Assembly (NCBI GenBank): GCA_964247055.1 | Contig: OZ176054.1 | Location: forward strand, 10,540,001 to 10,604,000 | DNA length: 64,000 nucleotides | Source: Paragordius varius | Taxonomy: Eukaryota > Animalia > Nematomorpha | Direction of reading: 5' to 3' | Shown: positions 59,808-64,000 of the stretch, one piece after another | Layout of the letters: every line of letters starts with the position of its first letter | Numbering within the stretch: position 1 is the first letter of the stretch | Made by a program: the position numbers and the translations under genes | Notes under the pieces: generated by a model | Told to the model about the DNA's origin: nothing | Databases searched by the model: none | Seen by the model: the letters and a program-made list of their open reading frames with translations, nothing else

Positions 59808-62800
59808 TTAACGGACAAACGCACCAAAATTAGATGCGGTTAAAAAGGCGGCTCCTCCATCATATTCCAAAAACGAAGCTGTACCACCCTGCAAAGAGCT
59901 CGGGGGTGTATCGATTATGTAAAAGGCTCCTGTAGTGGCATCTAAAGCCCCTGTAAGAGCTGGAAATGGGGCTAAATATAACGTATGTTTGCAGTAAAAA
60001 ATTTAAAAATTTACGAATTAAATTTAAATTATATAGGAAAAGAGTTGCATAATCATATTTTTGGACATATATATATCAGTGGTTGGCAACCTAGGGTTCG
60101 CGAGCTAAACTTAGTTCGCCGTGTGTTTTAATATGGCTCGCAAAGCATTTATAAAAATTAAAAAAAATAAAGTTTAACGGTAAGCGTGCCGAAACGCGGT
60201 CTGCAAATAATGGCATTTTCAGAAAATTTACATTTATTCATTTCACCAGATACTCTTATATATTAATATGTTTGCATATAAACATGCTCAAATCAAGTAT
60301 GTTTCACTATGATAGATCTAAATTTTTGATTTATTGGCATAATTATTTTGTTGAGAGTATCAGTATCGAAAGCACAACCAGATTTAAATGTTTTATATTA
60401 GAATATTCAAGAACAGATAGCACATTGAATTTTCAATAAATAAATTATTATAGTCATGAAAAAATAATTTGTATGCGCTATTTGAAAATATTTTATAAAA
60501 AATTAGCAATTGGATTTACATATCTTCGTATTTTTATAAAACTATGGTAATGTGTCACCGGCTATGAATGTAATCACAAGCATCATTGTGACCGCTACCA
60601 TATTGATTGGTTGATTTTGTTTCGTGTTAAAAAAGACAAAAACATTAAAATCTTTTCAGTCGTTATTAGTATAGTGGAATTTAAATTACTAGTTATATAT
60701 CATGGTCAGTCGACAAATATTACAAAAGCAAATTGTAATAGCTTGAGAAAACAAAACATAACCAACTTGGATTTAACATGGTTAACACATAAAATTTGCA
60801 AATTTATAAAATTCAATTCAACATAAGATTCATCATTGATTTGCATATATTATATCATTTAATGAATATCCGAATGAGTTTTAATGATCGGTCCTTTTTA
60901 ATAAATGTTCACAGGCACAATTTTTCATACATATATTACACACAAACTAGTCACATTCGTCCGTTCAAATTTAAAAAGCTTTAAGAAAAACGATTGATAT
61001 AAAATTCAAATTTTTCCCTTACATATAATTCCAGTGGGTATGTAAGATGCCCCCGGATTAGCCGCTAAAATTGGAGTTGCAATAGAGCTCATTATTTGAT
61101 TCTGATTAAAATGGACAAATCCATTATTATTGATGTTATTATTACTATAATTTATCATGTTATAAGGATTATTGCTAGTATTTTGATATAATAATGGAGG
61201 AGAGATGCATTGTTGATTAGAAGAGATGATATTGTGATGATTAACATTAGACTGTAAGAATATCAAAAATCATGAAATGTAGACAAAATTTATTCAAGGT
61301 AAAGCATTGATTTATGTAAAATTAACCTGGTATAATAAAAAATTTGTGCAGACTAAACATAAGAGTAAAAGGCAACCTCTCAATCATATTAAATTACAAC
61401 TTATCGTTTGAAATTATATAAATTTAATTAAATGGTAAACTCATTTACAAAATCATCCATAAGCAAGGTTTAAAACTATGTCTTTATTTAAGAAAATCAA
61501 GGACCAAAAAATAAGTTTATCTTGATTTATAAATGTAATTTAAAATTTGTTATTACATTTTGTGTAGCAGATGTTCCATTGTGGGTGTTCCCATTATAAG
61601 GCACAATCATTTTTGTAAGTCCATTTTGATTAATATTATTATTATTGGTATTTTGGATTTTTATGGGCGTAGAAGCCCCACTCAAAATAGTGGAATTTGA
61701 TGTGATTGATGCGTTATCAGGATCGGCATTTTCATGGGACGTAAGATCAGTCATAAAACTTGCATTTCTATACGATTTGGAAAAATGATACATTCATAAA
61801 AATTATTAGTTTCTATAAGCAATTGTGTTGATGTTAAAATTTTATTTAAAGTATTTGTCGATATCGGGTAAAATTTAAGATTGTAATTTGAAATTACCTA
61901 TATATTGTACTTTTGAAAATAGAATATACCCAATTTTAAATTTTATTACCGTAATCATATGAATTTATACAAACATAATATTGTTTCTATAAGGAATTGG
62001 TTTTTATTATTAAGTCTTCTGTAATATTTTAACACTGTTTTAAACCATTTAAACGGTGCTGTAAATTACTTTTCAATATAACTAAATGACATTCTTTCCA
62101 TATCAAACTATATCTTTTGAAAATAATACTTTGAATAACTGTGAGATTCACTGTTGGATTTATCAAAGGTGTTGTTGTTTTTGCTGTTTGGACCTTCAGA
62201 GTCATCAAAATTAGAAACATTTTCAAAATCTGGTGCCGAACAAAATGAAGTTCGCTTTTTTCTAGATTGTTGTTGCGGAACATATTTCGAATTTTGTTGT
62301 TCATTGAGCAACTGAACATATTACAATAAAAATTAATATATAAAGACATAAAAAACATCAAAAATATCAGATACTTTTTCATACCATAACTTTTTTCAGA
62401 TATTAATAACTGAGAATATTACCAATTTAATATATATTCCTTATTTTGCCACCCAAAAAAGTTATTGTACGGGTTCAAAAAAAATTGTTCTTGCGTATGA
62501 AAAAAAAAGTTTTTCTTTATATAAAACAATTTCAATTGTTACTGTATTATGATTGATATTGGTCAAATTAGAATTTTGTTGGTGGTATTGTTGTTGTTGA
62601 TTGTAAGGAATAAAATTAATATGTTGCGGATGATTTTGATTTATATTAGTATTAGGCATCAAGGGTGCACCGCCCCCTGAACAAACCCCGTTCGAGGGAA
62701 TTAATACTGTAGCAGCGGAAGGTAAATTATTGTTGTTACGTAAATGTTGCGCGTTTCCATTCATTTGACACTATGTTTATATACAGAAAAATATTTTATG

Positions 62801-63524
62801 TCCAAAAACTACTCTACATTATTAAATTTGGCTTTTATAAATGGCAAAATATGAAATAGAGATATATAAAAACATTATTTATTTATATTACATATATTTT
62901 TTATATTTTTTTAAAAAAGAAATTTTTTATATAATCAAAATAATACTGAAAAAATAATAAACTTTGCCATAAAAATATATTTAATTTTAATGGTGAGCTG
63001 TATTAGACCGAAATTTCCTAATTTATTTTTAGGGTCAATTTGAATTGTTTAAGGGAAGATTTGAACTGTTTAAGGGTAAATTTGAATCTTTCGAGGGTTA
63101 ATTTGAACTGTTGGTGGGGGAATTTGAATTGTAAATGGTATATATAGATTTGTTGTTGGAAATTATTTTAAACCGATTTTTAAAATTGGCTTTTTTTATC
63201 GCATTTAAGGTGATTTTTTGCTTATTATTCTAAACTTTGGGAGATTTGCCTCGTTTAAAAGTATTCTTGTAATTGATTAAAAACAAACCGTGTAAAGAAA
63301 AAAACCCATTTTTCTCAATGTTTTACTATAAATAATGATACTATGTTGCGCTTAAAATGAGTTAAGTTACAATAATTTATCGTTAATTATTAAGTACATG
63401 AGGTGGCCCGTGATTTGCTATTATGTAACCGGTAGCCGTTGGTGGAGTGCTTACAGCAGAATACCCATTATTTTGAGCAGCAAACAGTGGAATGCACGGT
63501 GGGGATGAAGAGTGCCCCATCATT
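59808..63524 (-). CDS. Multi-exon gene segment encoding ~379 aa of N/Q/P-rich sequence; possibly the C-terminal half of a STAR/quaking-How-like RNA-binding protein (unproven)
   Basis: Exons (minus): 63398-63524, 62543-62770, 62130-62311, 61557-61767, 61023-61251, 59808-59971. All five GT-AG introns join in compatible phases, ending ...GGTASFLEYDGGAAFLTASNFGAFVR*. No folded domain lies inside the window, so the family guess rests only on short C-terminal resemblances. Confidence 0.7.
63030..63146. repeat. About five tandem ~21-bp units (AGGGTGAATTTGAATTGTTTA-like), family H terminus
   Basis: Units are directly visible and end in GTAAATGGTATA, as at 13630-13640. Confidence 0.7.
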
Positions 63525-63531
63525 CTTTATC

Positions 63532-63579
<48 letters not shown>

Positions 63580-64000
63580 AATTAATAATTAATATCGTGT
63601 TAAAAAAATCAGGTCAAAAAAATTGATCCTAAATATGTGTTTGTATTTCCTCAAAGTTAGCCAACAATTTTTATAGACCCAAGCTCAATTTACCCATATT
63701 AAAATTATTAATATTATTAGAAAAGATCAAGCCTAAGCATGAATTCGTTCACAAACATGGGGAATGGGATCAGAATCAAGTGAATAACAATATCTTAAAA
63801 AATTTGGATTTAATTCTCCAAATTACGGTAAGAATAGAGCTAAATTAACATTGGCAAACCATAGCTCTCGAATAAAAAAGAATGTTTTTAGGACAGATTG
63901 AATAATTAAGTTTACGACAATCAAAAAGCAGGGAACCAGAACCAACGTGTAATTTTATTACAACCGCTAGAAATCAGCGGTTCGACAAGCCTTGATAGAA

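Overview
This window is very AT-rich animal genomic DNA with spliceosomal GT-AG introns. I found no prokaryotic features, rRNA, convincing tRNA or CRISPR array, and the species cannot be determined from the sequence. Four conserved genes can be reconstructed by hand with consistent splice phases. They are TENT5/FAM46 non-canonical poly(A) polymerase (+, 3068-5992, intronless CDS, 974 aa), an SLC18B1-like MFS transporter (-, 9 exons, ~720 aa), RBBP4/7 (CAF-1 p48/p55) histone chaperone (-, 13 exons, 487 aa) and a giant FOXO (+, 6 exons, ~1703 aa). There is also the 3' part of an unidentified N/Q-rich gene (-, possibly quaking/How-like) and a probable cryptic small gene at 15-599. The most striking signal is a class of ultra-short introns (23-31 nt), well below the usual animal minimum, that sit beside kb-scale introns packed with MITEs. 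The second theme is that all four identified proteins are inflated by low-complexity, mostly Asn-rich, inserts. Non-coding DNA holds a fossil hAT (Buster/Charlie-type) transposon with TIRs and a 7/8 matching 8-bp TSD, a 5'-inverted RTE LINE fragment, several MITE families, a MITE whose 3' half has amplified into a ~120-bp tandem array, and (TA)n microsatellites. All coordinates were counted manually and comparisons to human proteins are from memory, so both need computational confirmation.
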